From Naegleria gruberi (Eukaryota): a stretch of DNA of 64,000 nucleotides. The stretch lies in NCBI GenBank assembly GCA_000004985.1, contig GG738881.1. One strand, given 5' to 3'. A program made the position numbers and the translations under genes. Within the stretch, counting starts at the first letter, position 1, and the number at the start of each line of letters is the position of its first letter. Below the pieces are notes generated by a model. That model saw nothing but the letters and a program-made list of their open reading frames with translations, was not told the DNA's origin and did no database searches. Below, piece after piece: positions 33,785 through 45,438 of the stretch.

Positions 33785-36119
33785 TTATTGGAAAAAGTTG
33801 GATTGTTTGAGTTCATTGATGAGGAGAGGGATTTTAGGATCTTCATTCGATGTTTCCATTTCTTGAATGACTTTCATAAATTCTTCATCAAGTGAAACAT
33901 TAATGGTCAATTTGTTCATCTTGAAAAGTGTGAATAGACATTTCACAATAATGAATGAAACTTTAACCTTTTCCTTTCTGAGCTTCATCACTTCAACAAG
34001 TTTGGAGGCAAAATCTGGATGAAGAGTTAAGAGTTTGTTGGCATTTTCTTCATTATTAAAGATGAGATTAATCAATGACTCTAATGAGTAGAAGCACACA
34101 ATGAAGTGAATGTCATTGGTAGCTAATTTGTAGAGAGTTGTTAAAATATTATTGTGACGATTGATAATTTCATTTTGATTTTCTCTGGCCTTAGTTAAAT
34201 TGGAGAAGGCAAAGAGAGCATTAACCATCAAACTGATATCAATTTCAGAGTAATCAGTTGCTTCTGCTAACATTTCAAACATTTCTACGAGTGGAATAGT
34301 TGCTCCACTTTCAACAATATATTTACAAGTAACATCTGTAATAAGAGGTTAGAAAATCACCACTTAGCTCAATAATACAAACCTGTAGTTCCCATATTAC
34401 CCAAGGCAATACAACAATTTCTTTGAATGAAATTATTCATTTGAGTAGCGATAGGGCTGGCTTCTTGATATTCTGGAGATAATTGGTTGTGATACAAGAC
34501 GCTTAAGATCTTTGTCAAAGATTGAACTACGCCCTTTTCAATCATCATTGGAAGGTTACGACCTATATCAATAAAGATTCGCAAATTAAGATATTTGCAA
34601 ATAAATTTTGAAACTTACGTTCAAGAGCAAGGAATCCTAAAAGTTTAACAACAAATCTCAAAAGCTTGGAAGAGGAGGCAATTTGCAAGGTACTCAAAAT
34701 AGATTCAATGAGTGTGAGCATTGGGTCAATCAAGTCCAATTCTGTGGCCATATAATATTGGATGTGATCAATTTCTGCAACATTTGAAAGGAACTCAACA
34801 ACACTTTCTTGCATTCTCTTTCTGAATTCTGGAAGTTGAGTATGTGAGTGCACGAATCTCTTCAATGTATTAATAAAATCTTTAGAATCCTTTACCAAAA
34901 CTTCAGCCCACTTATTATTGACCTTAACGAGAGAAACATCCAATAAATGAATAACTTGAGTGACAATTTCTTGGACAGATTCTTCATCCTCATCCTCATT
35001 TTCATCCAATGATTCAGAAATTTGAATATATCTCATTAAAATATTATCCAATGATTGAATAAGATTAGAATGTTCAATTGTGAGCTCATTGAATTCCTCT
35101 AAAGAAATTGTTAATTATTGAATATAATTATTACTGATACTTACTGTGTGATCCGACTAATCCAACCAATTTAATGGCAACACCAAGAATATTTCCTTCA
35201 CATAATGGATTTGCAAGAATTTCATCAATAATAATATCGAGAGCATTCTTTGATTCTACTTGTGATGTCATGATTTGTTCGCAAGCCTCTTGAACTTCAC
35301 AAACATTTTCCAAGGCTCTCAATGAGTGATAAAGTACTCCACTAACCTCATTACTTCTATAAGTGTAAATGAGTTTAATGAGTGAAGTCACACCACCATA
35401 AGAAACAACCTTTCTTCTAACACCATCTGCAAATGTAAGAAATCAATAGTTCAATAATAACAACTTACCATCTGAGTGTGCAAAATTTGCAATACAAGCA
35501 CAAACGCTTCTAATCAAATTAACATCATCATGATCTAAAGCAAATTGGATAAATCCACAAACAATTTGTACAACAGGAACCGACAATCCTTCTTCATCAC
35601 AAATAATCAAAGCATTAACAGAGTGTTCAAAACATAAATTACCCAAAACTCTACACAATTGGAAATAGAGTGGTAATTTATCTGTTTCCAAAGTTGTGGT
35701 ATGTCTACGTAATAATCCACAAATCACAGGCACTCCACCAACTTCTCTAATTGTATCTCTATTAATTACTATTTAATTAATCAGTACACATTTGAAATTT
35801 AAAACTACTACTACTAACATTCTCTGGACAAGTCTCCTAATTTTTGACAAGCATCAGTTAAATCAGAAACATTAGATTCCAAATTTCCGATAAGTGTTAA
35901 CATTAATCTAATATCTCCAATATTAACATTCTCTTCGATCATCTCCAACATGTTCTTCCTTTCTTCAATTTCCTTTGATTGTTCATCGTCGTTTTGTTGA
36001 TGAATATTATTGATTGCTTCGTTTTCAGCAGCTGATGATGATGGAATCATTTTTTTAATGTATTGATGAGTTCTTTCTTCGGTGCAACTTCTCTCCATCA
36101 ATTGCAGCGGGATAATCAA
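33785..36119 (-). CDS. Armadillo/HEAT-like helical-repeat protein (SmgGDS/Rap1GDS1-like guess), about 6 exons. ORF pieces 35814..36119, 35443..35733, 35131..35391, 34563..35051, 34369..34584, 33785..34282
   Basis: Six same-strand ORFs joined by 43-50-nt introns (verified: gttagt...aaatag at 35759-35805 and gtaagt...tttgcag at about 35392-35437). Repeated LxxLxNL/ALENVCE helical-repeat motifs. Confidence 0.55.
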
Positions 36120-36212
36120 ATTATATTCATATCAATACTGTGCAGTTTATGTGATGAACCCTTGCCTATGTAATGTTGTAGGCAAAGCTGATAATTAAAA
36201 AATGGGAAGGAA

Positions 36213-37082
36213 ATGAAACCTACTCATCAAAAAACCAAAAAGAAGAAGAAGGAATTAAAACTTGCTCACTTTACTGAAAGATTGAAGAAAAAGAAATGTT
36301 GTAGTGATGTGGAATCAAGTCATGTTAGTAGTAGTGGAGAAGAGAATCAACAAATCAATGTAATAGAAGCAAATTTGGTGGATGAGTTTTATCAATCTGT
36401 TGAGCCTCATGTTATTCATTCGGAAAACAAGTTGCTCTACTTTGATCATATGTGTGTTGCTTCACAATTTCCTCCACTCTTGAATTTAAAATTATTTCCT
36501 AATGGAAAGGAAGTTTCTGAAAGTTTATCTGCCTATTATTCTGTTAGGGATTATTTGGAATTTAAAAACGACTTGAATATCATATCCAATAGGAACGTTC
36601 AATGTTATGTAATTGCTGATGGAAATGTTCCTAGAACTGCTGCTGTATTTGCTTGTGCTACAAATTGGAGAGTATTTTCCATTGATCCAAGAATGAAACA
36701 AAAGTGGGTCTGTAAATTTAACAATGATGTGGTGTCAATGGATAATGAACAAGGTCAACCAAAAGAACAAGATTTTGTAGAAGGATTAGAATCAACACCA
36801 TCCATTCAGAGATTATATCCCTTCTCAATGACAAGCACTGAATTTCTTCAAACTTCTATTTTCAAAAAGGTAAAATCACTCAAATCAGATTTGAATATCA
36901 TTGTAGCAGTTCATTCACATGCTGATTTATGGGAGTTTTACAATGAAATTCCATCTCCCAAATTATGTTTGGAAATTCCATGTTGTTTCAAGCCAAACAT
37001 TCAAAGAGAACCAATTACTGTCTTTACAGACGAAGCTCTTCACAGTGAAAAGAATACAATTTACATGTGGTATGAAGAATAA
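36213..37082 (+). CDS. Hypothetical protein (289 aa), basic N-terminus
   Basis: Clean ORF with coding-like composition (YVIADGNVPRTAAVFACATNWRVFSIDP). No domain recognised by eye. Confidence 0.55.
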   Translation: MKPTHQKTKKKKKELKLAHFTERLKKKKCCSDVESSHVSSSGEENQQINVIEANLVDEFYQSVEPHVIHSENKLLYFDHMCVASQFPPLLNLKLFPNGKEVSESLSAYYSVRDYLEFKNDLNIISNRNVQCYVIADGNVPRTAAVFACATNWRVFSIDPRMKQKWVCKFNNDVVSMDNEQGQPKEQDFVEGLESTPSIQRLYPFSMTSTEFLQTSIFKKVKSLKSDLNIIVAVHSHADLWEFYNEIPSPKLCLEIPCCFKPNIQREPITVFTDEALHSEKNTIYMWYEE

Positions 37083-37187
37083 GAAATACCAAACTCTCAA
37101 TAAACTTTATTCTTGTTGTAATCTCTCTAACATTTCAAATAATTGTTGAATTTGAAAGTGGAGTAAAATAAAAATAACTTTAAAAAA

Positions 37188-37960
37188 ATGCCAAAAGATA
37201 CCAATTACGAGGAAGCCGAAGAAAACTACGAAGAAGAAGAAGAAAATATCAACGATGTAAGTGGAGAGTTGTCGGATCATCGAAATATTGATGGAATTAA
37301 TTTTAAAAAAATTATATTATTTGATGATGATGATTATTAGGAAATTGAAAGTATAAAAAAGCGAGTACAACAAATGCAAGAGGAACACGCCAAGATTAAA
37401 GAAATGCAATCAGAAATTGAAAGGAACTTGAGCACTGTTGCTGAAAATCAAGAAGAAATTGATTCTAGATCTATTTATGTAGGAAATGTTGATTACGGAT
37501 CTGTTGCTGAGGAATTGGAAAACCACTTTAAACAAGCTGGTGATATCATCAGAATCACAATCAAGAGTGACAAGATGGGTAATCCTAAAGGGTATGTTTG
37601 GTTATTATTTAATGGCAATATCAAAATATTTACAACAACAACATTACAAAATATTAATTATACAAACTGTCAATTAATTACATTAATTTTAACCGTCAAT
37701 TATTAACAGTTTTGCTTATATTGAATTTAAAGACAAGAGTTCTGTTGAAAATGCTCTCCAACTCAACGGTTCAACATTTAGAAATAGAGAATTGAAAGTC
37801 TTTGCTAAGAGAACCAATATTCCAGGGTTGAGTACAACAACTAGGGGAAGAGGTAGAGGAAGAGGTGCTCCAAGAGGAGCTCCACGTGGTGGATTTGTCC
37901 CAAGAGGTGGCAGAGGAAGAGGAGGTCGTGGACGTGGTAGAGGTGGTGGTCCATACTAAG
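37188..37960 (+). CDS. Nuclear poly(A)-binding protein PABPN1/PAB2-like (single RRM plus RG-rich tail). Exons 37188..37256, 37341..37591, 37710..37960
   Basis: Acidic N-terminus, coiled-coil, then RRM ([21 protein letters not shown]...[32 protein letters not shown]) and a C-terminal RGRGRG repeat. Introns have gtaagt and gtatgt donors. Confidence 0.85.
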
Positions 37961-38002
37961 CTTATTAAACAATTATTTCAAATTTAATACAATTATTAAT
38001 AT

Positions 38003-41000
38003 TTATTTACTTAAATTCTTAACTTGGTCCTTAATTTCTTTAACTTGTTTGCTATCTGTTTGAAGAATCTTTCTACATAATTCGAGAGCTCCTGACTTGT
38101 CAACTTGTGACATGTAATTCTGAGCAATCTTTGAGAAGAGAAGTAAAATACTGACAGCCAATTCGTTATCAGTGAGAATGTATGATTGAACTGCCTTGAC
38201 AATAATCTTCATATCATCAATAGAAAGTTTGATAACATCGTAATGTACACAAATCGAATGTAAAATGTTTGAAATGATAGTGCAAACACTCTTATCGATT
38301 GAAGTGTCTTTGAGTTTCTGCACGAGGGTTGAGATAATCTTTTCTCTCAAATCATAGGTAATCAAATTTTGAACAAGAGCTTGCTCCTCAGTTTCCTTGA
38401 ATTGAGTGAATGGCATAATTTCTAACAAGAGATTCAAAGCCATTGTAAGAGTAGTATTCTTGGATGAATTTTTTGTAACGATATCCAAGAGAGCAACATG
38501 GAAACCAAATGTACTAGCAAATTGGGTACCAGCTGTTTCCTTATTATGATTCAAATGTTTCGTGAACAAGCTCAATACCATTTCTTGTAATTCAGGATCT
38601 CCAAAACCAAATGAAAGAATCAAAACTCTAACATTGGTATAAACATTTCTATCAGCTTGTTCGTCCATTGAAATATCGTTCCATCCCTTGTTTAAACTGT
38701 CTGGGTAATTCTTCTCAATATCGTTCAAGAATTCAACACAATATGACAAGATCCAACCTTCTTCAGGATATTTAGACAAAATGCTAAAGAAGATTGAATT
38801 GAAATCAGAGGCCAGAATTTCAATCAGCTTATCCTTATCATTTCTATTTCTGTAAATTACATTCAAAATAGTTAAAATGTTGGTAACTGTTTCCTTATTC
38901 TTCAAATTCAATTGGAGTAAGTTCTTGAATGATTTCAATACGAGAGGAGAATCAGATAATTCTGAAAAGATTTTTGTAACGTATTGGTTATTTCCACTAC
39001 TGTTTGTTAGTAAACTTGTAACACCTCCTTGAGTTACCATAATCTTTGTCATTTCTGCTTTGGCTGTGCTCTCCTTGGCTGTCAGAGCAACAAATTTAGT
39101 GAATGGAATTAAAATTACATTCAATTCGCAATTCATCATATTCAATTTGAAATCATCAAAGTTGTTTCCAAGTAATAAGAAAGCTTGAGATGGAGCAATA
39201 GAAGTGAATGATAAATGTCCATTTCCATAGAAATATACCAAATACTTGACAATCACATCAAATGCCAACAATCTCTTACTCATATTCTTTAAAGATTCCA
39301 AATTATGCAAGCAAATGTTATTCAATAAATTAAATAAACTTCTGGACAAGTCGAACAAGTACAAGTATTCCTTTTGTGTGTAAAGTGTAGTCATTACTTC
39401 TTCACAATACTTGATGATGAAATCGAGTTGTTTTTGAGAGATTAATTCATTCAATTGTTCATTTGGTCTCTCACACAATAATCCCAATAATTGCAAAGAA
39501 AGTGAAATAACTGTTACATTTTCAAAGTTATTAATTGGAGCATTTGAGTTATTTGGAAGGTTGTTTGCATTGAACAATTTGAATTTCAGGTAATGTTCAT
39601 TGATAATCTTGTGCAATGAATTAACCAAACCAGTTAATCTCATCATTGCCTTGGCTGGTTCATTGTTACCAGACTTAGTTACCAAAATATTGTTACAAAT
39701 TAACAAGCCAATCAGGCAAATAGAGTAGGATCTGGTGTTATCATTCAACATGCAAACACATGCTTGCAAACCTTCATTTGAAACAATATCCTCAACAAGT
39801 GAAGCAGCATCCTTCTTGTAACGTTCATAGAGATATTTGGCAGCATTCAATGCACGTTTGTGACTTTGTGAATTATATTCCAATTCTTCAATGAGTTGTG
39901 AAATATCGTCAATTTTTGGAATTTCGTCATCTTCATCTTCTATTGGTTCATCTTCTTCTCCTCCAGATGGTGGAAGAGGAGAATAATCAAATGAAGGATC
40001 GACCAATGAGTATTCTACTTTCGTTTTCAAGTTTGGTTTAGAGTCTGACTTGGTAAATGATGGTTTCTTTGTTTGAATTTCTTCCTCTTCTTCTTCATCT
40101 GATTCGTCTTTCAGAACTGTCTTTTTACTTCTTGGACCACTTGTTGACGGTTTCTTATTGGTAGCAGATGAAATTACTGGCTCATCTTCATCCTCATCAA
40201 GTTTGAGAGTTTTAGTTGGGGCCTTCTTGTCACTCTTAATTTCCTCTTCTTCATCTGAATCGTCATCTTTGAGAACTGTTGTCTTTTTCTTATTTGGAGG
40301 ACCCCCACTTGCTGTAGCAGTTGGTCTAGGGTTTGATGTAACTTTCTTTGATACAATCTTTCCATCATCATCTGAATCAGAATCATCCTTCAATACACTA
40401 GTTTTAGATTTAACTGGAGCAGTAGAAGTTGGCTTGCTGGTTTTAACAGGAGATGCTTGTTTAACATTCTTATTTGATGCCTTTTTAGTGACAATAATAT
40501 CTTCCTCTTCATCACTATCACTTTCCAAACGTGCTGTTGATGTCAAAAGTGGTGTAACCTTACTAACTTGTTCATCCTTGACATTTCTAACAACTGCACT
40601 TTCTAACTTGATTGGCTCTTCTTCCTCCAATTCTTCAGGTTCCATTTCTGCTTCCAATGGTTCAATTTCAGCAGGTTGAATTTCTTCCAATTCTTCATTC
40701 TTGACCTTTTTAACATCCTCAATTTTTTCTTCCTTCTTTGGAGATGATTTTTCTTCACTCACAACTGAAGATGAAGCCACTGCTGATATTGTTGATGAAG
40801 ATGATTGTATTGTTGCACTTGTTTGTGGTTTAACAGTTTCAACAACATTATCATTTGGTTGTTTAACAGTAATAACCATATTTGAATTGCTAGTATTGGC
40901 ACTTCCCTTGCCAATTAACTTTTTAATACTTTCAATCCATTCCTCTGCTTCCTCCTTTGATGAGCATTCAAATGTCCATTCTTCTTCTTTTTTCTTTCCT

Positions 41001-41257
41001 TCAATGTGTGATTTAACATAGAAACAGAATGGATGTTTCTTTGTAAATTCCAAATTAGTGATAGTATGAGCAGAGTCAAGAATTAAAGTTGATTTTCTTT
41101 CCTTTCCATCGGACGAAAGAATGGAAAGTGAATTTGGATGTGAGTTGAGTGAAATGAGTGTTTTCTTCCATGATAACATGCCACTCTTCTTTACTTCACC
41201 CTGTTTGACTAGTTTGTAATGGATGGGTGTTGTGGCAGCATCAATGGATTGCATCAT
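38003..41257 (-). CDS. PH-domain protein with acidic triple repeat and C-terminal ARM/HEAT-like region (about 1080 aa)
   Basis: N-terminal PH domain (GEVKKSGMLSWKKTLISLN...WTFECSSKEEAEEWIESIKKLI). Three ~40-aa repeats around K(K/T)(T/S)VLKD(D/E)SD(S/E)(D/E)(D/E). Long helical C-terminal part. Single exon; ATG probably at the MMQSID site. Confidence 0.7.
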   Translation of the reverse strand: MMQSIDAATTPIHYKLVKQGEVKKSGMLSWKKTLISLNSHPNSLSILSSDGKERKSTLILDSAHTITNLEFTKKHPFCFYVKSHIEGKKKEEEWTFECSSKEEAEEWIESIKKLIGKGSANTSNSNMVITVKQPNDNVVETVKPQTSATIQSSSSTISAVASSSVVSEEKSSPKKEEKIEDVKKVKNEELEEIQPAEIEPLEAEMEPEELEEEEPIKLESAVVRNVKDEQVSKVTPLLTSTARLESDSDEEEDIIVTKKASNKNVKQASPVKTSKPTSTAPVKSKTSVLKDDSDSDDDGKIVSKKVTSNPRPTATASGGPPNKKKTTVLKDDDSDEEEEIKSDKKAPTKTLKLDEDEDEPVISSATNKKPSTSGPRSKKTVLKDESDEEEEEEIQTKKPSFTKSDSKPNLKTKVEYSLVDPSFDYSPLPPSGGEEDEPIEDEDDEIPKIDDISQLIEELEYNSQSHKRALNAAKYLYERYKKDAASLVEDIVSNEGLQACVCMLNDNTRSYSICLIGLLICNNILVTKSGNNEPAKAMMRLTGLVNSLHKIINEHYLKFKLFNANNLPNNSNAPINNFENVTVISLSLQLLGLLCERPNEQLNELISQKQLDFIIKYCEEVMTTLYTQKEYLYLFDLSRSLFNLLNNICLHNLESLKNMSKRLLAFDVIVKYLVYFYGNGHLSFTSIAPSQAFLLLGNNFDDFKLNMMNCELNVILIPFTKFVALTAKESTAKAEMTKIMVTQGGVTSLLTNSSGNNQYVTKIFSELSDSPLVLKSFKNLLQLNLKNKETVTNILTILNVIYRNRNDKDKLIEILASDFNSIFFSILSKYPEEGWILSYCVEFLNDIEKNYPDSLNKGWNDISMDEQADRNVYTNVRVLILSFGFGDPELQEMVLSLFTKHLNHNKETAGTQFASTFGFHVALLDIVTKNSSKNTTLTMALNLLLEIMPFTQFKETEEQALVQNLITYDLREKIISTLVQKLKDTSIDKSVCTIISNILHSICVHYDVIKLSIDDMKIIVKAVQSYILTDNELAVSILLLFSKIAQNYMSQVDKSGALELCRKILQTDSKQVKEIKDQVKNLSK

Positions 41258-41488
41258 TTTTTTTCTATGATGTTTTGATTTGTAAACATTTGACAAGTGG
41301 CGAAACCCTTTCTTTAAAAAAACAATTAAATGTTTTCCAAATGTAATTGCATCCAACACTTTCAATTATATTATTAATAATATGTTAATGTTATCATTGT
41401 TTGTTGTAAACGTTGTTTTTCATATTAATTCTTTGTTTTTGTAAATTAAACTTTTGAAATAAAATCAAAAGGAAAATAGGAAATAAAA

Positions 41489-42373
41489 ATGTCTTCAAAT
41501 CAACAAGGAGTTGAAAATAATACCAAGCAAAATCTCTCATCGGAACGTTTTGCAGTTAATATTTCTAATCATGTGGGTACTGTCGTATTAAATAGACCAA
41601 AGAAGATGAATGTGATGGACAAACCATTCTTCTCTGAATTTTATCAAGCCATTCATAGATTGAATGAATCAGATGATGTTTATGTTATCGTATTGAAGAG
41701 TACACCTGTTGATCAGTGTCCGCACTTCTCTGCTGGATTGGATTTGAAGAGTGTTGCCTCTGATATTATGCCATCAGCTTCCGATGATGAATCTTCTCCT
41801 GCTGTGGCCAATTTGAAATTATCAAAATTAATTAATGAAATGCAACAAGCTTTTAGAATTTTGGAAACTTGTAAGAAACCAGTGATTGCTGCTATTAATG
41901 GAATGTGTATTGGTGGAGCTATTGATATGATTCTTGCTGCTGATTTTAGAGTTTGTACAAAGGATGCTATTTTCAGTATTAGAGAAACCGCTGTTGGAAT
42001 TACTGCTGATTTGGGTACTTTGAATAGAATTCACAGAGTTGTTGGAAAGGGTTTTGCAAGAGAAATGGCATTCACTGCTGCTGATGTTAAGGCAGATCGT
42101 GCTTATCATTTTGGACTTGTCAATCAAGTATTCGATTCTCAAAAGGAAATGTTTGAAGCTGTTGACAAGATGGCTAAAACTATTGCTTCTCACTCTCCTC
42201 TCATTGTTCAATCTACAAAACATATTATGAATCATGCTGAAGAACATTCAATTGAGGATGGATTGGCCTATGTCAAACTTTGGAATAGTGCTTTCTTGAA
42301 ATCTGATGATTTAACTGAAGCTTTCATGTCATTCATGGAAAAACGTAGACCTAAATTCAAGAATAAATTGTAA
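41489..42373 (+). CDS. Enoyl-CoA hydratase/isomerase family protein (ECH1 dienoyl-CoA isomerase-like)
   Basis: Crotonase fold motifs (FSAGLDLK, AAINGMCIGGAIDMILAADFRV, ETAVGITADLGTL). C-terminal -NKL may act as a weak PTS1. Confidence 0.8.
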   Translation: MSSNQQGVENNTKQNLSSERFAVNISNHVGTVVLNRPKKMNVMDKPFFSEFYQAIHRLNESDDVYVIVLKSTPVDQCPHFSAGLDLKSVASDIMPSASDDESSPAVANLKLSKLINEMQQAFRILETCKKPVIAAINGMCIGGAIDMILAADFRVCTKDAIFSIRETAVGITADLGTLNRIHRVVGKGFAREMAFTAADVKADRAYHFGLVNQVFDSQKEMFEAVDKMAKTIASHSPLIVQSTKHIMNHAEEHSIEDGLAYVKLWNSAFLKSDDLTEAFMSFMEKRRPKFKNKL

Positions 42374-42374
42374 A

Positions 42375-43121
42375 TTATTTCAATTGACTTTTGATTGTTG
42401 AGGTTAATTCCACTATTATTTTAAACTCCACATTAAAGATATTAAACCAAACTTGTTTCGTTTCACTTGTTGCTTCCTCTTTGGTTAACATTAATTCATT
42501 AATTCCAAGTAATTCAGCTGTCAAGTATATTATCGAAGCTGCAATTTCATTTGGATAATAGGTACAGCAACATTTTGAATCATAAATCTTATCCACTAAT
42601 TTAAAACAAAATTGAATAAAACTATTCTTGATAACCAAATTTCTATAACCATTCAATGAATCACAATATCCCAAAATATATTTATGTGGATGTACCACAG
42701 CAAATTTAAATTTGATACTTCTCATCACTATACTTTCATATCCAATAATACAATCCTTGAAATTATGAAGATCAGTGTCAAGTAATCCATATGGTTCACT
42801 CTCAGGATCCAACACTTTCCGACAAGAATTAATAACATCCCTTGCTCTTCTCACTTGTTCCTCACTTTTACAAGCTAGAAAAACACAAGCACATGAAATA
42901 AGTGTCCAATCACATGACGAATGTTCTATTGTTTTCAAACTTGAATGAAAATAATACAAGGCTGTACATGTTGCTGATTGAGTAACTTCTAACAAGTAAC
43001 ACATCCTCCGAATGAGTCTAACATTTTCTTTGATTTTTTCTTCGTGTGATTGTTGTAGTAAAGGATGTTGTGATTGCAAAGCATATGGACTATGATAATA
43101 GGCTTGATTTGAAGACATCAT
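42375..43121 (-). CDS. Cyclin-box protein (transcription-type cyclin C/H/K/L/Q family-like)
   Basis: CTALYYFHSSL...ISCACVFLACKSEEQVRRARDVINSCRKVL resembles a cyclin box. Its stop lies 1 nt from the convergent upstream gene's stop. Confidence 0.5.
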   Translation of the reverse strand: MMSSNQAYYHSPYALQSQHPLLQQSHEEKIKENVRLIRRMCYLLEVTQSATCTALYYFHSSLKTIEHSSCDWTLISCACVFLACKSEEQVRRARDVINSCRKVLDPESEPYGLLDTDLHNFKDCIIGYESIVMRSIKFKFAVVHPHKYILGYCDSLNGYRNLVIKNSFIQFCFKLVDKIYDSKCCCTYYPNEIAASIIYLTAELLGINELMLTKEEATSETKQVWFNIFNVEFKIIVELTSTIKSQLK

Positions 43122-43302
43122 TTTTTATAATTCGATTTTTAAATAATTATTAATAATATATATTTATAAATTAATAAATATTCATTGTAAAGTGTTTAAT
43201 AACATTCTCCTAAAAGAAATGATAAACTACAAAATTTCCAAATTAAATCGGAATTAAATAGAATTGGAAGGAAATCAAATAAAAATTAATTAATAATAAA
43301 AA

Positions 43303-45356
43303 ATGTGGGCAAACTCTGTTCTCAAATGGGCAGAACAAACATTGGAAACTGTGGATAGAAGCACAGCAGGAGCATCTAAAAAACTGACAACATTGGGGAA
43401 ATTGGATGATGATTCGGAAAGTAGAATTGATTCTTCGGTTCATGAAGATGAATCAAAGAATGTTGATCACTATAAATCATCGGAAGAAGGTACTGCATTT
43501 GTTACAGCAAATCATACTGCATTAACATCAACAACAAATAGTGTTGCTGTTGAAAATGTTAATTTTGATAAGATCAGAGAAGAGGCGGAGGAGGAATTGA
43601 TGAATGAATTCTTCAAGAAGAGTGAATCGGAAAGATTGGAAGAAGCCTTGCAGTTTGTAAAGGATTGTGCAAATTCATCAATTATTGGAGAAACTACTGT
43701 CCAAGTGGAAGGAGATGAAACTTTGAAGCAAAATCAAGAAATTTCCAATGAGAAATCAATTGTTACTCTCTATGATCAAGTGAAGAAAGTTGAATACTTT
43801 AACAAGAATTTAAAAGAACATTTCGACAAGTTAACTTCTCAATCAAAACATTCACAACGTTATAATGCCGAATCACAGAATGTAAGTACCTCTGGAAATA
43901 GCATGAATATTTAAATATTTGAAGAGATTGGAAGAACAAGTTTCAAGACTTTTGGAAGAGAAAGTTAAAACAGACACAGAGTTAACAAATACACTCAATG
44001 AACGTGATAAACAAGCCCAAAAGTATCAATCGAGGGTTGATGCACTAGTAGAGCAAATGAAATTGAAAGATTTATTGATTTCAGAAATGCAAGGAGAAAA
44101 AGACATGTACGTTTTATTATTATTATTGATTATAAATTAATTTTAATAATAGGATGGCAAATGAGCAATTAAGATATGAAAAATCAACTGCTGAAGAAAT
44201 TACCAAACTGAAACAACAAATTGAAGACCTCCAAAATCAACAAAAGGAAAATAAGAAAGAGGAAAAACAAATCCACAAAAAGATGGAAGAATTGGAACAT
44301 AAACACCAAGAAGCTGTTAAAAAGCTTAAAGAAGAATACTCTGAATTGGAATCTACTCTCAATGAGAAATTGGATGAAATATCTAGATTGGAATCCAATA
44401 TCAAGTTGAAAGAACAAGAATGGCAAGCTAAAAATCAAGAATATTTGGAATACAAGAACAGAGCCGCCAAACTCTTATCTGTGAGAGACAAACAAATCGA
44501 AGAATTAAAAAAGTCTGGAACCGAATCAGGTGATAAAAAGGAAGAAACTGCTACAGATGACGACACTGATTTAATGAATGCCTTGGATAAAGAGGACATG
44601 CTCTTGGATTTGGAAAACTTGAAAGCTGATAATCAAGAACTTCAATCACAAATTGAGCTGATGAAAAAGCAACACGAAGCTGAAATGAATACACTCAGAT
44701 TCAAATTGAAAAATATGGAAAAGAATCTTGAAAAAGAGAAACAGTTGAGCGCTAAATACCAAGAAAATATAACCTCATTGAAACTTAATTTTGATGAAAT
44801 GAAGCATCAATATGAAAATGAAAAGAAGCTCATTAAAGATCAATTGAAGGAGAAGAAGGAAGAAATTAATCAACTTCAAAAGCAACTCAATCAAGCCAAA
44901 TATAATAATTCATCCAATCAAAATGAGCTTGAACTGAGAAATAGAGCCATGGCTGAAAGACTCATTGAGAAACAGTCCCAACTCGAAACTGTAAACAGTG
45001 AAAAAGCAGCCATCCAACTTGATTTGGAAAAATGTCAATTGAAGATTAAGGAACTTCAACTGATAGCTCAGGTTACACCAATTTCTAGAAATTATGCCGA
45101 TGAAGAATCACCATTTGATAATGAAGCACCATCGGTTTCTGTAAAATCAGATAGATTCTTTAGAGATTTATCAAAGAGAGGTTTTGTTGCCAGGCGAGTG
45201 GCTCATGTTATGGCCTTTATTGATTCATTTTCAATTTCAACTGGAAGTATTTTGAGAAGATTACCACTTTTGAGAATTTTACTTGTTATTTATATTATAA
45301 CTCTTCACATATGGGTCTTTTACATTTTATCCCATTTGGCTCATCTCTCTCAGTAA
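43303..45356 (+). CDS. Tail-anchored coiled-coil golgin (golgin-84/CASP-like). Exons 43303..43881, 43925..44106, 44153..45356
   Basis: Long coiled-coil followed by the conserved RxxxRxxxH...F motif and a single C-terminal TM (LLRILLVIYIITLHIWVFYILSHL). Introns gtaagt...tttgaag and gtacgt...taatag. Confidence 0.65.
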
Positions 45357-45438
45357 TAACTTAATCTTTGTAAATAAAAACCTTGAACACTACATGATCA
45401 AATAATTATTGAAAAAATCATGTGGAAATAACTAAAAA

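Noticed and set aside
40158-40679. 173-aa plus-strand Ser/Leu-rich ORF
   Set aside because: Antisense of the acidic-repeat region of the minus-strand PH/ARM gene.
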